A DNA stretch of 63,451 nucleotides, the filler included, from Phoronis australis (lineage: Eukaryota > Animalia > Phoronida): assembly GCA_002633005.1 (NCBI GenBank). It is 3 parts of 3 records of this genome, joined end to end, with 100 filler letters (N's around TTAATTAATTAA, not from the genome) between each part and the next. Parts side by side here need not be neighbours in the genome. Positions count along the whole stretch, not along the records: positions 24,277 to 52,656 come from NMRA01001302.1; positions 52,757 to 63,451 come from NMRA01001740.1; 1 more part is not named here. One strand, written 5' to 3'. The notes beneath the pieces are model-generated. The model did no database searches, had not been told where the DNA came from, and saw only the letters and a program-made list of their open reading frames with translations. This document shows positions 40,300-53,012 of the stretch, piece by piece (the stretch's first letter is position 1; the number at the start of each line of letters is the position of its first letter). The position numbers were made by a program, and so were the translations under genes.

Positions 40300-40760
40300 A
40301 CTACCAGTGGGGTACATTTGTCAAGAGAGAGGTCTAAACATGGACAGGTACAAAGCTACTGAAGCCTATTCAGTACAGACTTGTACTCGTGCCGCCCCCT
40401 TCAGTGGCAGAAGAAGCATTTTCTTATTGCTGAAAACGAAAGTGCTGTTATCGACCAGCAGTCTTTTCCTAACCCTTACTTTAAAATTATTTCGGATAAC
40501 GTTAAAATTTGTAAGCCTGGCGATTACCCCGATGTTATTATTTATGATCGGAATAAGAAGTCCTCCAACATCGTCATGAAGAACAAAGCGAATGTCCTCC
40601 CCGTTGCCCAGTGCAGTGTTGCTTATGAGTTTAGATGCCCTATGAACGGATGTCTTCGTTTAAACGTCAAACAATGTTACAGTGGTCAAAATGTTTGCCG
40701 TCTTTCCAGTCGGTTATCTATGCATCTTCAAAATGACGTCAATCGATTTACAACATTGTG
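40300..40760 (+). mobile_element. Penelope-like GIY-YIG endonuclease remnant
   Basis: VIIYDRNKKSSNIVMKN...VAYEFRCPMNGC....CYSGQ..RLSSRLSMHLQN. Confidence 0.8.
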
Positions 40761-42445
40761 AATACATAGACAGGAGCTAGAACAAGCAAACTAACAACGG
40801 ACATTTATCAAATCTGGCCTCTGAGCGTTTGGTAGTCTGTACGTATATTGGCCTCTTTACCATAACATCAACAGAATTTTCATAATAATTGCTGAAATTA
40901 ATAATATATCTAGTTCATGTTTGATAAGAGAATGTACATGTATTTAGGTTTGAACAAATAAAAGTAAATGATTTTGCTAAAATTTCAGTTTCGTAGTTAA
41001 ATTTAAGCGGCCATATTGGATTTAAGCAAATGAGGTGTCTTAACATTATAAGGAAAAGATGTTGCAATGTCATTTTGATAGATTTCTAGATAATAAAGTA
41101 CCATTACCTAGCCTTAAATTGTGTTATCTCTCAAGCAAACAAAGATTGTGTTACTTGGCGGCCATTTTGTTTTTCGAGATTTGACCCTGACCATAACCTT
41201 AAAATTTAGGAAATCGACCACCATGAGATTTAGCGTGTCAAAACACTAGTGTGCCAATTTTTGTGCTTTAATTCCAGGTGCAAACATTTTCGGGTTAAGG
41301 GCCTGGACTAAATATAATTTAACTCTATGAATAGTATATGAATTCTGATAGTAAAGCTTATGCAAAATTTGTTTCATGGCATTTCAGTGATCTTTTAGCA
41401 ATTGGGCACTTGACTATGCATTTGAATTAAAATTTATCAAAAATGTACATCCAGGGCACACTGACACCAAAACAACGGTATCAATAACCTGATAAATTGT
41501 CGTATACGATATGTGCGCAATCACTTAGAAAATAGGTAATTATTGAAAAAGTCCTTAAATATTGGCGATATGCGCTGTATAACAACGTAAGATAAAACAT
41601 CCGTTGTTTAATGGTTCTGATCAACAAAGTAAATGAGTTCAAAATAGCTGTGCCCATGGATGCAAACCGTTTGCACATAACATATTCTTTAAAATTTAGC
41701 AAAAATGGGGTGAGGGAGACAATAAGAGACACAAATGATGAGTAGTTGTTTGTTTATTAATAAATGTTCTAGTTTGGGTTCATGAAGTATTTATTTTCAA
41801 ATTGCATATGTCTGTCTTCACGGTTTATAGTCATACGTTTTGCTAAACACAGTGATGACATGCTTAAACGTTTGTATGTACCAAGGGTACCATTAGGCTT
41901 ACCTGGTCCCTGGCCACAGCGCTCGCTCAAACGAGGTTTATTTAGAACTTGGGGTCTTTTGGCGAACTGTGCAAAGTTTCTGGCTTTCAAGAGAAATTTT
42001 CCCAGTGGGCATGAGCGAACCAAGCATAAAAACTGGGCGGCTCGATTTTTTTAGAATTTCATACCTTTTACTACAAAATTCACTGTGTATGTTCAGAGCT
42101 ATGAATTGCAGACGTCAAATTTGGTACATCCTGCCTTATAGTGGACTTTGTTCTCCTTTTCTATTTTTTTCGGAGTTCTTGCTTCTCTGACTCAGGGGGG
42201 CCTTTTCCATTTCTTCAAACAGGGGGCTCGTTCGAGCACATAAGTATGAAAAGTTCAATACAAAATGTTATCATTTTTTATTATTTAAGCAGTGAGTACG
42301 AAGGAAGTGACTTCACAACTAAACCATATCAATAATTGTAATTTATGCGGAGGTGGCAATCCCAATGTCAGATTTGCAAGAACCCATGGAATAAAAAGTA
42401 TAACGGGAATTATGAGCACATTTATCCCTTAATAAGTAGCATCTG

Positions 42446-43066
42446 CGAGGCTGAAATTTAGTGAACACTATTGAATCGAGAACACTTGTAAGTAATGATA
42501 TGTCTCATTAAATTTCACAACAACAATTTATGCAAAGTTTTAAACTCGTAACCAGCTATCCTCCAAGATGGCCGACCCAATCCAACCAAATTGACCCAAA
42601 TTTCGCCACATTAACTGTAATGACTTTGTATTGCTTGCCCCAATTTTGATACGTTTTGATTTTAACTCAGTATAATGGATTATCTTTCCGATGAAAGCAA
42701 AGTATTTTTTTCAAAATAAAAAAAATTCAAAACGACAAAAAATGGTTTGACCTCCCTATATAACGGGAACTAAACACCTATGCTATTTTAACATAATAAG
42801 CACAAGTACGCGTAACATTCCAAAAAAAATTAACGACCACTAACTACCAACTATGAATACATTATATCAACAAAAAATAACAGTTAATACTAAAAAACAA
42901 AATAATGAAGTCTTTTTGTGCAAACGGTAACACATTAAGTTTCAACGAAAAAATGGTGGCGTTCAGCACAAGTTCCTGAACTTACGAGCCGGAAATGTGG
43001 GTACGGAATAACCAATGACAGCCGGTAATTATCTGCTCACAGAAAAAGTCAAATATAGACGTTTAT
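42446..43066 (+). repeat. ~620-bp near-identical duplicate of 38106-38726
   Basis: Both copies begin GCGAGGCTGAAATTTAGTGAACAC and end AAATATAGACGTTTAT; the first lies between a gap and an n. Confidence 0.9.
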
Positions 43067-44002
43067 CGTAATGCACGATGATTAACTGCAAAAATCAATT
43101 GCCTGCGTCGAAGAGCCTCTGAGATATGGCCCATTGAAATGTTGGTGCCACTGCATTTTGCCCTTGCAAGTTGAAACTGTATTTTTTCTGATGTTGGAGG
43201 CTCCTAACCTCAACATTAATCAATGCATTGAACTGAAATTGCTTTTATGGATTAACTGGAAACCAGGTTGTAATGATCTGTGACCAGGGAATGCCTAAAG
43301 ATTGTGATTGGTTATCCCTAATTGGAATTTGGCTAACACCAGCTTATTAACTGAAAGGAGTAAAGGCACTTTACGTGTAAATACCAAACAGTGAAATCCA
43401 TAATACTATTAATATTAAAAAATAATAAACGATAGATTTTGGAGATTAATGTTAAACTTCATGGCACTAAAAAGCACCTTCAGTCAAGTAAACCATTTTT
43501 ACAGTCATTATTTGCTTGCAAAAATCCGTGTCTGAATATTTCAATGATAACGGTAATAGTAGTGATAAAACAATTTTAGTAGAACGAGGAGTTTGTGGGT
43601 TTCTCAAAATAAAATAAAAACATGGTTTGCTTTCGTAATATAATCTGTTTGTCGAATAAATTTCAATGACTTAAAGAGTCAAAAGCTTTGGAAAGATGAA
43701 TTAGAATGGCCACGTGGAATTTATTTTTTCCATAGCCTTAACAACTATATCCAAAATTTCAACTAAACTAGTTCTGTAAACCTACCCCCGAGAACCATTT
43801 TCTGCATGGTGTAACAAGTCATTTGTTTGAAAATATTCGTAAAGTTGATTGTAAATAAGTTTTTTCAAAAATATTTGAAACCAAAAAAAAACAGAGATAG
43901 GCCTGTAATTATCTAAAAAGAACGGGCCTCCTTTTAAATCCAGGTTGCCCCGGCATATTTTCGTCTAACGATGACGACGACTGGGTATCACTTAATGTTT
44001 AA

Positions 44003-47000
44003 GAGGTAGTCCATATAAAAACCAGTAGATTTTCAAAAATCAGTCTATACGTCAAAATTTAAAACAACTTCATTTTTTGTACATGGGTAGGTACCCTAAC
44101 AAAACCAAAATGCCAAATTTTGTGCACTCAATGACCCCTAATTTCGCCGCTGGAGCATGATTACACAAATTGGCACAATTGGGTATGTTAGCCGTCTCAA
44201 AAATCGCATGTTTTAAGCAACAAAAATGAGCAACATACAAAATAGATCAAAAGCTATATTTTGGTGGCTGAAATAACCAACGTATACTGTGAATAATTCT
44301 GTGTCGTTTATTAAAATCTGCCAGTTTTGTGCTAGACAGGGGAGATAATCCACAGACCACTTTTTGGAGCTAATTTTAGTGGCCATCTATGTGACCTTCT
44401 TGCTGCCATAAAACACCTTGTAGCCTTATGGGACGTTTTGAACATACAGTTAAAGAGTTAGTCTTGATGACTGAGCAATAAAAAGTCTTGCCTCATATTT
44501 GAACTTAAGTGAAAATTGTCTTGCAAAACAGTCTATTTTTATAGTTTGGAAATGACCAGCAGAGTTTACAGACCATTTGAACAAAGTTTTAGGCAAGAAG
44601 TCTGCTTCAAATAGTTATAGAAACCAAGTTTAAACTCTTTCAAATGAAAACAAGATGTTTTCCGGGTTTATTATTCGGCTTGTATCAAAACTGAACCCGA
44701 TGACCTTTGCCCACTGAGGGAGTCAGTTGAGGTTAAGCTTGAGGATATATAAAAAGTGTACGTGTAACCCTCTTGTATTCTTTCATTTCTTTTACATTAT
44801 CAGGTTAATTTAAACACTCTGTAGAACTTTTAAATGGAAATAAATGCCTTTAAGATTAAACTAGTAAGAATTGATATTTTTAATGGCTGGTTTTGAGAGA
44901 AGCAAGACTAGTGCATTTAAAAAGACAAAATGGCAGACGATGTCGATGGGCCTTCATGTTCTTTTAGAGTTTATTCTGCAAAAAATCCAATCACAACAGC
45001 TTTGTGCTTTAGTGAGTTATGTCAAAACACCACTGGACATTTAAGATACAGGAAAGTAGCTCACAAAGCAAGGCCTGTTCCAGAGTACGGACTCGTATTA
45101 CCCCTAGTCGGTGTATTTCTGACTGAACAGGACCAGTCATGGAAGAGTCAGGTAATGCTGGATGTTACCACTCTGCTCTTCTCCTCCTGAACGTAGCAGC
45201 CTTGTCAAACTCTACCGGCATTTCTGTTTCGAGATATGACTTTAGTGAAATTCAGAATGGAAAGGATCTCTGTGATCGCAAGATCGCTCCACTCAAACAA
45301 CATGCGAAGTACTTTGTAGCTGAAGGTAACAATATCATAAACTTTCTGGATTTAAAAGTAGCATTACTTTCCAGTGGCCTTGTGAAGGGATGTTATGTGT
45401 ATGCATGTTCAGTCAATGCAACAGAGTCTTTTCCAAAATACTCAGTTCCTGGTATAACAACATTCCCAAATTCCCACTTTTCCACCCAAGGAATTCGCGT
45501 GTGGAAATCATTCCATGCAGGTGCCGGTAAGTTATTATAAATACTGAGAAAATGGGAAACCTATTTCTCTAAAATACAGTAACATCTCTAGACATGGCGG
45601 ATTTTCAACACCAAGAGTTAAGGTTGGCATTGTATCTAGTGAAGAGCCTCAAAAAAGTTCCCTTGTACCCAGCAAGGTTACTCGAGTTTTTTGCTACAGA
45701 CACAGAACTAGGTCAGCACTTGGATGTGGGTAACCACACTGAACATTTACAGAGGGAAACCACGTATAACCACATCGCACGACAGTGGTCAGAAAGGCTT
45801 CCAGAGCAAGAACCGGAGAGTCATTTGAGGCAGCCTCAGAGTACTATTTGGATGAGACGAATGCTAAAGCAATAGGTTAGGCATTGAAAAAAGATAAAAA
45901 GTCAACAAGATTTTCAGTAAAGGTTAAGAACTTTCTGACCAACATATTCGATGAAGTAGATAAGTCAGGTAAAAACGTTCACCCTCGGAAGTGCCAAAAT
46001 GGAGAAAACATTACGAGAACCCACTGGGAAAGTGTTTAACTGTGATATTAAGTGAATCGCAGATTCACGTTTGGTGAATTTTTCGAGGTTGTCAATCTGC
46101 AGCAATGTTTATGACGATGCTTTTTCTGCTGAAGATGCTGTTATGTCGTAAGATTTGCTGAATGAAGTGGTAAATGTGCTCAACGTTTAGCCTTGTTTTG
46201 TAGCATAACAACCAGTCAAAGATATGTGATATATGAAGTCGAGACCGTTACTTCTGTTTACTTCATGTCTGTCATGAATGAGTCATTAATAAAATTGTCT
46301 CTCGTGAATTATTTTATATTGACTGTGAATGTGTACCTTTTTATACCACTGATGATCACACTGGCAGAACTATTCAGCGTTAGGGTGCCCGGTGTGCATG
46401 GGGGGAACACCAGATTTCTGGGGACTGGTGGCGACTAAAACTTGTAGCGACCAGCAGGGACATTACAATATGAACCCAAAGTTGCAATGATTATTGACAA
46501 GTTGAAGGATTTTTTGCACTGAACACTAGGGGGACAAATCCACCTTTGGTGCCTTTCTTTGCCTGTGGCACGAACAAGGCAGATAGAAAACAAGAGTAAG
46601 GCAGGGGTGAGTTCAGTAACACTAGAACCTCTATAAAATTTATCCAAAACCACGTGTTCTCACTTAAAATGCAGAGCAATATCTCGCGAAGTCTTGTTAC
46701 TGTTCTTATTCTGGATGCGTCTTCTGTTTCCACGTAAACAAAAGCAGCGCCATCTATCATTTAGAAGCACGCATGCCAGTTGATTTACGTACATAGTTTT
46801 TGTAATAAGCAATAATCATCAATGCCGTTTTCAGAGAATGGTAATTAATAATGCTGTCTGCCTTTTCTCCAAAATACAAGCTTTTTATGTCGTGTTTCGC
46901 AAGCTACAGTAAGTAGTATGTTCCAAGAGCCCCCTATCGGTAGCAGAGGCAACTGAGAACATGCAAAAGGACGAAGTGCAGTTCGTGTAATGCTTTGTAC

Positions 47001-47499
47001 GCAAAAACTACATTAGAGGCAAGATTTTTTATTTTAGATTATGAACAGGTTAGGAATGAATGAACAAATTATTATAAAGTCAATTTCAGGCAAGGTGCGT
47101 TATGGCTGCTACAGAGTGCCAAATTTGGCCAAAATTGGCTTCAGTGAAAACCTGAAAAATAACCGTTTTTGACTCACAAATTCAAAACGTACAAATTTAA
47201 AAATGAATTTTGAAAGTTATGCCATTAAATTATTCAGCCATTGCCCTTTCAATTTGTATCATTCATTTGTTTTGACCTTACCACACATGCTAGTAAAATG
47301 CATTCAAACATGCCTACTTCGACGCCCAATTTTGTTGCAAAATGGAGGTACAGGTAATAAAAAGAAAAATAATGAATGAAAATTCTTAAAAAGTGAGGTT
47401 TTTATACATCTCATCAAACCAAACTCATGTGCTAAGTTTCAAAAAAATCAGTGATTTTGGGTATAGACTCTACCTGTTGGTTTTTATATGGAGTCACTC
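44003..47499 (+). mobile_element. Sola3 DNA transposon, deleted and degenerate copy with both termini
   Basis: ttaa|GAGGTAGTCCATATAAAAACCA...TGGTTTTTATATGGAGTCACTC|ttag: GAG..CTC ends and a TTAA TSD with one mismatch. Transposase remnants SGNAGCYHS, YDFSE.QNGKDLCDRK, HLDVGNH, G*ALKK...RFSVKVKNFL..IFDE at about 44930-45980. Confidence 0.85.
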
Positions 47500-50400
47500 T
47501 TAGTACGCTCCAACAGGTATCACTAGTGACACAGTATTTTAAACTAAAATTCCATATTCGGTCAATTTGAAGAACGTATGCACACTTAAATAGAACCCTG
47601 GGATTATCCGGCCAAACACGTCTCGTTAAACAGCTCTCCAAGCGGGTGTTTGTGAAACTCTGATGAAAATGAGTTTTGTTGGGAATTACAGGTTCACTAT
47701 TTGCCGTTGAATTACTCATGGAATTAAGAAAAACTCATAATGAGTATGAGACATTAATAAAGGATAAAAAACAATTTCGTTTTAAGAGAACACTTTCCAT
47801 AACGCCTGGCGGCGTTAGTGTTCAGATGGTGGAAAATGTTTTAAGCCAGTGCCTTTTTCTTTCAACCACGAGTATGTAAACCTGAAGGCGCAATTAAACA
47901 AGATATTGCAATGTACTTGAGAACACGTGGTTTTGTATAGCTACTTTTAGAAGTAGCTGCTATACAGCTTGTGAACTATATCAGGCTCTCCTAAGCTCCA
48001 CACAAGGGCCTTAATGGTGACCAATCTCCGGCAACAGAGATCAAATTCCTCATACGCACGTACAAATTTCCCTCACTCCCAGTTGGATTATGTTAGAGTG
48101 TAGGCGACAATCCCAATGATAGTATTGGTATGCTTTTGCATGTGACCGATATAATGCGCCAGTGTCCGAAGGCCGCTTGCATCAAGTGACACGTCACCAC
48201 ATGACAAAATCAATTTAACCCGTTTTGCTGGATGAAAATGCTGGTTCATGCTAATTTTAAAACGATAAGTTTTAACACTTTAAAAAAATAGGAGGAAACG
48301 GTAGTGAAGCTTAAATAAGAAGGCAACGTTTTGGAGACCTACAAAAGATATGTTTTTCTTTCTAGAAGCGATATAAAAACCACCGTGTACCAGTCACCGC
48401 GCGATCGTCGTTATCAGATAACCGAGTTTTCTAGATACAAAATCCACTTGCGGTCATAAAAACGAACGATTGGTGGTAATTTATTTCCCTTTTATCGCTG
48501 ACTTGAGTGATCAACTTGCATCTTATCAGATAGTGTTTTAGGTACCGGACACATAACATGCCATCAAATTTATTCCGTTGGAAAGAAGTATCGGGAGTTG
48601 ACTGTTTTAATTTATTTCCCATGTACCAGCGATGAAGCTCTTAGAAAGCATACCTTTTTCAGATCAAGACAAGTTGAATATTATGCCATTCTTGAAAATA
48701 AGCACTCACTAGTGTAGAAAGATGAATACTATTGCAGGCATCAACCAATTCGATTTCGCCTAAATTTGCGGTAGAACCCTCTCCTCATAATGCGAGCCCG
48801 TCTACGCCCGAACGCTGGATAGCCACCAATTTATACTGGGCCACAGTCCCGTCATAGGTGGACGAGTGGGCAAACCTCGTGGTGGAAACAAACAGAAGTT
48901 GAGTGATCGTTTTCTAACTAAAAAAATACGCGCCGCGGAGATTGAACTCCAAGGGCCACCACTTATGGAATGCTGGGGCGAAGGTTAAGTAAACTAGTGT
49001 AGATATCTAGGACTGGAATGCGCACTTTTGCAGGTGACCTACACTGTACGTCTTTTATTATTTTATTAGAGCTTAAGACGTCAAGACTTGTACCCGGTGT
49101 TTGCAATGTGAAATTTCCATGTGCCTGATCAAGGGTTTTAGTTATCAAATCACGCCTGATTTCAAATCTCCAATTGACATCGCCATATTTTCTCGCTTGA
49201 CTAAAAAAGGCGGGACGTTACATGGNGCCACAGTCCCGTCATAGGTGGACGAGTGGGCAAACCTCGGGGTGGAAACAAACAGAAGTTGAGTGATCGTTTT
49301 CTAACTAAAAAAATCCGCGCCGCGGAGATTGAAGCCCAAGGGCCACCACTTATGGAATGCTGGGGCGAGGGTTAAGTAAACTAGTGTAGATATCTAGGAC
49401 TGGAATGCGCACTTTTGCAGGTGACCTACACTGTACGTCTTTTATTATTTTATTAGAGCTTAAGACGTCAAGACTTGTACCGGGTGTTTGCAATGTGAAA
49501 TTTCCGTGTGCCTGATCAAGGGTTTTAGTTATCAAATCACGCCTGATTTCAAATCTCCAATTGACATCGCCATATTTTCTCGCTTGACTAAAAAGGTGGG
49601 ACGTTACATGGTTTGTGGCACTAGCATTATTCCATTAAACTATAAAAACAACAACAAAAAGCGATGTCAAGGATTTTTGTGTCCTGTTGTAAAAAAATCT
49701 GTCTGTAAATCTGTTTATTGCAAAGAATGTCTACGCTTACGTTTTGGCTTTGACCCAGATAGCACGCTATTTATCATAAGTCCCGCTTTTCAGTACAGTT
49801 GTTCGTTTTTGTTGTCGGATGGTGACGTGAAAACTAAATTACAAGTGTTCAATACGAAATTGCCTGTTTATGTAAATAGTTTTATTTCACCTGGTCCACT
49901 TCCTTTAGTAAATTAAGAATCTTTCCAATATGTCTTGTTTATAGTATTAAGATCACAAACTATATTTTTGAGAGTTTATTTTTAAACTTTTGTAGAGAGT
50001 CCTACATCGCAGCCAGAAAGATGACCCACGGTACATTTCAAAGTTAGAGAGAGATGTTCTTCTATCAATATCAGAAAACTTTCATCTTTAAATTTTGGAT
50101 TGATACTTGAAGCATAGTTTATCTCAACTTTCATAAACGACACCGCGTTGTGATCTTTTACTGGATAATGTAAATGTAAATGTCCAACTATTACCTAATA
50201 CAGATTATTACATTTCTGAAATAACACTTGACTATATAATCCCCCAAAAAAATTATAGGGACTTTATTTCTCTAATGGTATAAGAAATCATTTATATAGA
50301 GTTGCCGGTTCACCTCCTTTTGAGTTGCTAGCACTAATCTTCTTTGCATTTTGACACTTTGATTGAAAAATGGTAGACTTGCGAAAACTTTTGATAACCA

Positions 50401-50525
50401 AAAACTATATAGCAAGTAAACCTACAGGGACAAACGAATGCAAACAACTCCCACGCATGCACGAAGCAACCTCAGCAGTCGGAAGATCAGAATTGGGACT
50501 TCAGTGCTAGAGTTCTATAGTGTCA

Positions 50526-50880
50526 ATATCGGAGTTGCAACGCCGCCATTTTGGAAATGGGTCAGAATGTTGCATTGTGGTTAAGCCGGTAAACAAGTAC
50601 ATGTACGTCGGCAAGCGTGGGGGAGAACCGGCCACAGGGAGGTTATAAGTGTTTTGTGCCTGGCTGCTATAATACCAGTTAGTGAGATAAAGAATTTAGT
50701 TACTACCTGTGTCCCAAGGATCAAGAACTGCGTTAAACATGGGTCAGACACATAGGTAGAGCTAGTAGCAATGGCCGACTTAGTGAATTCTTTCCGACTA
50801 GAATAAAGTCTGCAGCGCTCATTTGGAGGGCGGCAAGTAAACGTATCTTGGAAACTGCCCAACAATTTTTCCCTTGAAAG
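50526..50880 (+). pseudogene. THAP zinc-finger remnant with the left TIR of a THAP-bearing element
   Basis: GGYKCFVPGCYNT..DKEFSYYLCPKDQELR*TWVRHIGRA...VCSAHLEGGK*TY..CPTIFPLK. The end ATATCGGAGTTGCAACGCCGCCAT resembles the TIR at 57895-57918. Confidence 0.8.
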
Positions 50881-51029
50881 AAACAGTAACAAATCCTCCA
50901 CGGTGGATGGTAGTGAAAAAAAATCTTGTTTGCGCTTGACCAGAACCAAGCCAACATGAGCAATTTTGAAGCTAACGTCTCTGCACAATCACCATTTCTG
51001 GGTCGACTCACTTAACGTACGCAAACTAT

Positions 51030-52582
51030 ATCCATTAAGGCGCTAAGATAAAGCGTGCAGAATATTATTATTTACTTTCTTCAAAATTGTGGCGCATTGC
51101 TATCAAAATCCGTTGTTAAATTACGATCATTGCTCAGAAAATTGTGCTGAAATCCCAGGTCGAAATCTCGCCGACAAATGCATAGCTGCTGGTCTCGCAA
51201 TCGTCAATAGGGCTTGAATTCATGAATAAGAATGCAGCATCGACTCAACAAAGTACCTGAAATCCTCCTCAAGTTTTCCAAATACAGCACACATCACGAA
51301 TTTTTGGCCGACCGGTCGGAAATTGGTCGACGACCGGCCGTCGACCGGTCGTCAAGCCGACCAGCAGCCGACCAACAACGGTCGGCAATTCTTAAATAAG
51401 AATACAGCTTTGACTCAACAAATTACCTGAAATCCTCCTCAAGTTTTCCAAATAGCGTCTCTAGGATTTTTAAGTTCTTGTGAAGTCTGGATTAACTGCA
51501 GATTAAGTCCAAATCTACGCTAGATTGTAGCACGCAACCCGAGAAAAATCTCTGTGGGAACACATGTTGTTGTCACGTGACGTTTGTTTTGAAGTCTGTA
51601 TGCGTGTGTGTGAGAGTAAGCGTGCGTGTGCTTGTCAGAGTTCATTTGCCAGAGTAATGTAATGATCTAGGTGTGCATTGTATCCAAAAAAAAAAATAAA
51701 TAAGTCAAGCAGTCAAGCAGAGCGTGTTTTAATATTTACGGCTTAGCACTTGCTGGCCTCATCTGCTAAAAACGTTCGAGAATTTTTTCGGTAAGACCGA
51801 CATGTCATTGAGTCGCCGGGTGAGTGGATGCGTAACCGTAGTGTAACAGCTATTTCCCGTAAGATTTGGGGTGTAAGGGTGCGAAGTGGGTCATTTTGAC
51901 CTTAAAAACAACCGTAGTGTAACAGCTATTTCCCGGAAGATTTGGGGTGTAAGGGTGCGAAGTGGGTCATTTTGACCTTAAAAACACAAATTATGATTAG
52001 TTAAATAATTTCTCTTAAAATAATGCAGAAGCTTTTTACGGTATTGGAAACTTTAGGAAATTAGTGCCAATATTTATTTGCCGATGCTATGTTACCCGAT
52101 TAATCTTCGATGACAGTCGGTACATTATGCAGCGCGCGCTTCTTGGGCGCGTGCTAACACTGGTCGAGTTTTTTATAAGTCTTCGATTCACGGTTTTAAC
52201 GTGCACAAAGAAGTTTGAGGCCGGAGAAGATCTGTACTGGAAAGAAACAATGCAACCCCGCTCTTTGACAAGTACGCTGTGTCTGTTTTCAAAGTCCAGA
52301 CCCGCGTAGTGGGGCACATCCCTCGCAAGAGCAGCAAAACTTCTGCGTTCTTTTTGAATCGCGGCGTAAGTTTGAAGTGTATACGGACATAACGGTGAGG
52401 CTCGTGGTCCGTTACAAATTCAGGCAGTCGGATCTTTCAACTGATAAATTGGAGACGTTAGAACTGTAGGTAAGGGCATTTTTCGCATGTAGTTCATGGG
52501 CTGGGCGCTTACTTTAGCAAAGTCTGAAAACGCGTTGGGGCACTTGTTGAGCCATGGGCGCTAATTAGGGCGAATAGTGGCA
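51030..52582 (+). mobile_element. Second copy of the TIR DNA element, carrying a HIRAN-like ORF remnant (~52186-52370)
   Basis: Homology to 23312-24176; peptide IHGFNVHKEV*..GEDL...FDKYAVSVFK....VVGHIPRKSSK..AFFLNRG. Internal direct repeats at 51222/51393 and 51833/51911. Confidence 0.7.
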
Positions 52583-52939
52583 GAATTACACACAGCAGCG
52601 TAGTTTAATGCACACAAATTACACGTCGTGCAAACCAGTCGGTCATCCCGTTTACCNNNNNNNNNNNNNNNNNNNNNNNNNNNNNNNNNNNNNNNNNNNN
52701 TTAATTAATTAANNNNNNNNNNNNNNNNNNNNNNNNNNNNNNNNNNNNNNNNNNNNGCCAGGTCACCTTTGAATTGACTAAAGAGTAATTCGAGAACAAT
52801 TTCACAACTGTTGCAAACATTTTTTAGTCTTGGTCAGCACGACATCTGTTGGCCACGTTGATTGACATATTTGTATACACTGAGAAGATCAAGGGTAAGA
52901 TGCAGTAGTCTGATTGGATTTCAGTGTTTGCCCAGTGGT

Positions 52940-53012
52940 CTCCATGCTTCAGTGGCTACAGCGTTTTCACGGTTAGCAGAAGGTCCTAGGTTGGAGTCCC
53001 CGTCGGGAGCAG
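52940..53012 (+). mobile_element. tRNA-derived SINE-like head
   Basis: TGCTTCAGTGGCTACAGCG...GAAGGTCCTAGGTTGGAGTCCC (degenerate A and B boxes). Confidence 0.45.

Larger units (their letters stand above)
33845..41310. mobile_element. Old element with TAG...CTA termini and long diverged TIRs (Academ-like), hosting nested insertions
   Basis: Left TAGTTCGGTTCC...ACGCTGAATCCCATGGAGGTTGGTTGCCTGAAATTTTTGGTCA aligns with the reverse complement of the right end, TAGTCCAGGCCC...ACGCTAAATCTCATGGTGGTCGATTTCCTAAATTTTAAGG. No clean TSD. Confidence 0.5.

Noticed and set aside
48839-49612. ~387-bp tandem duplication giving twin 61-aa ORFs
   Set aside because: Joined at a single n (49226); likely an assembly overlap.
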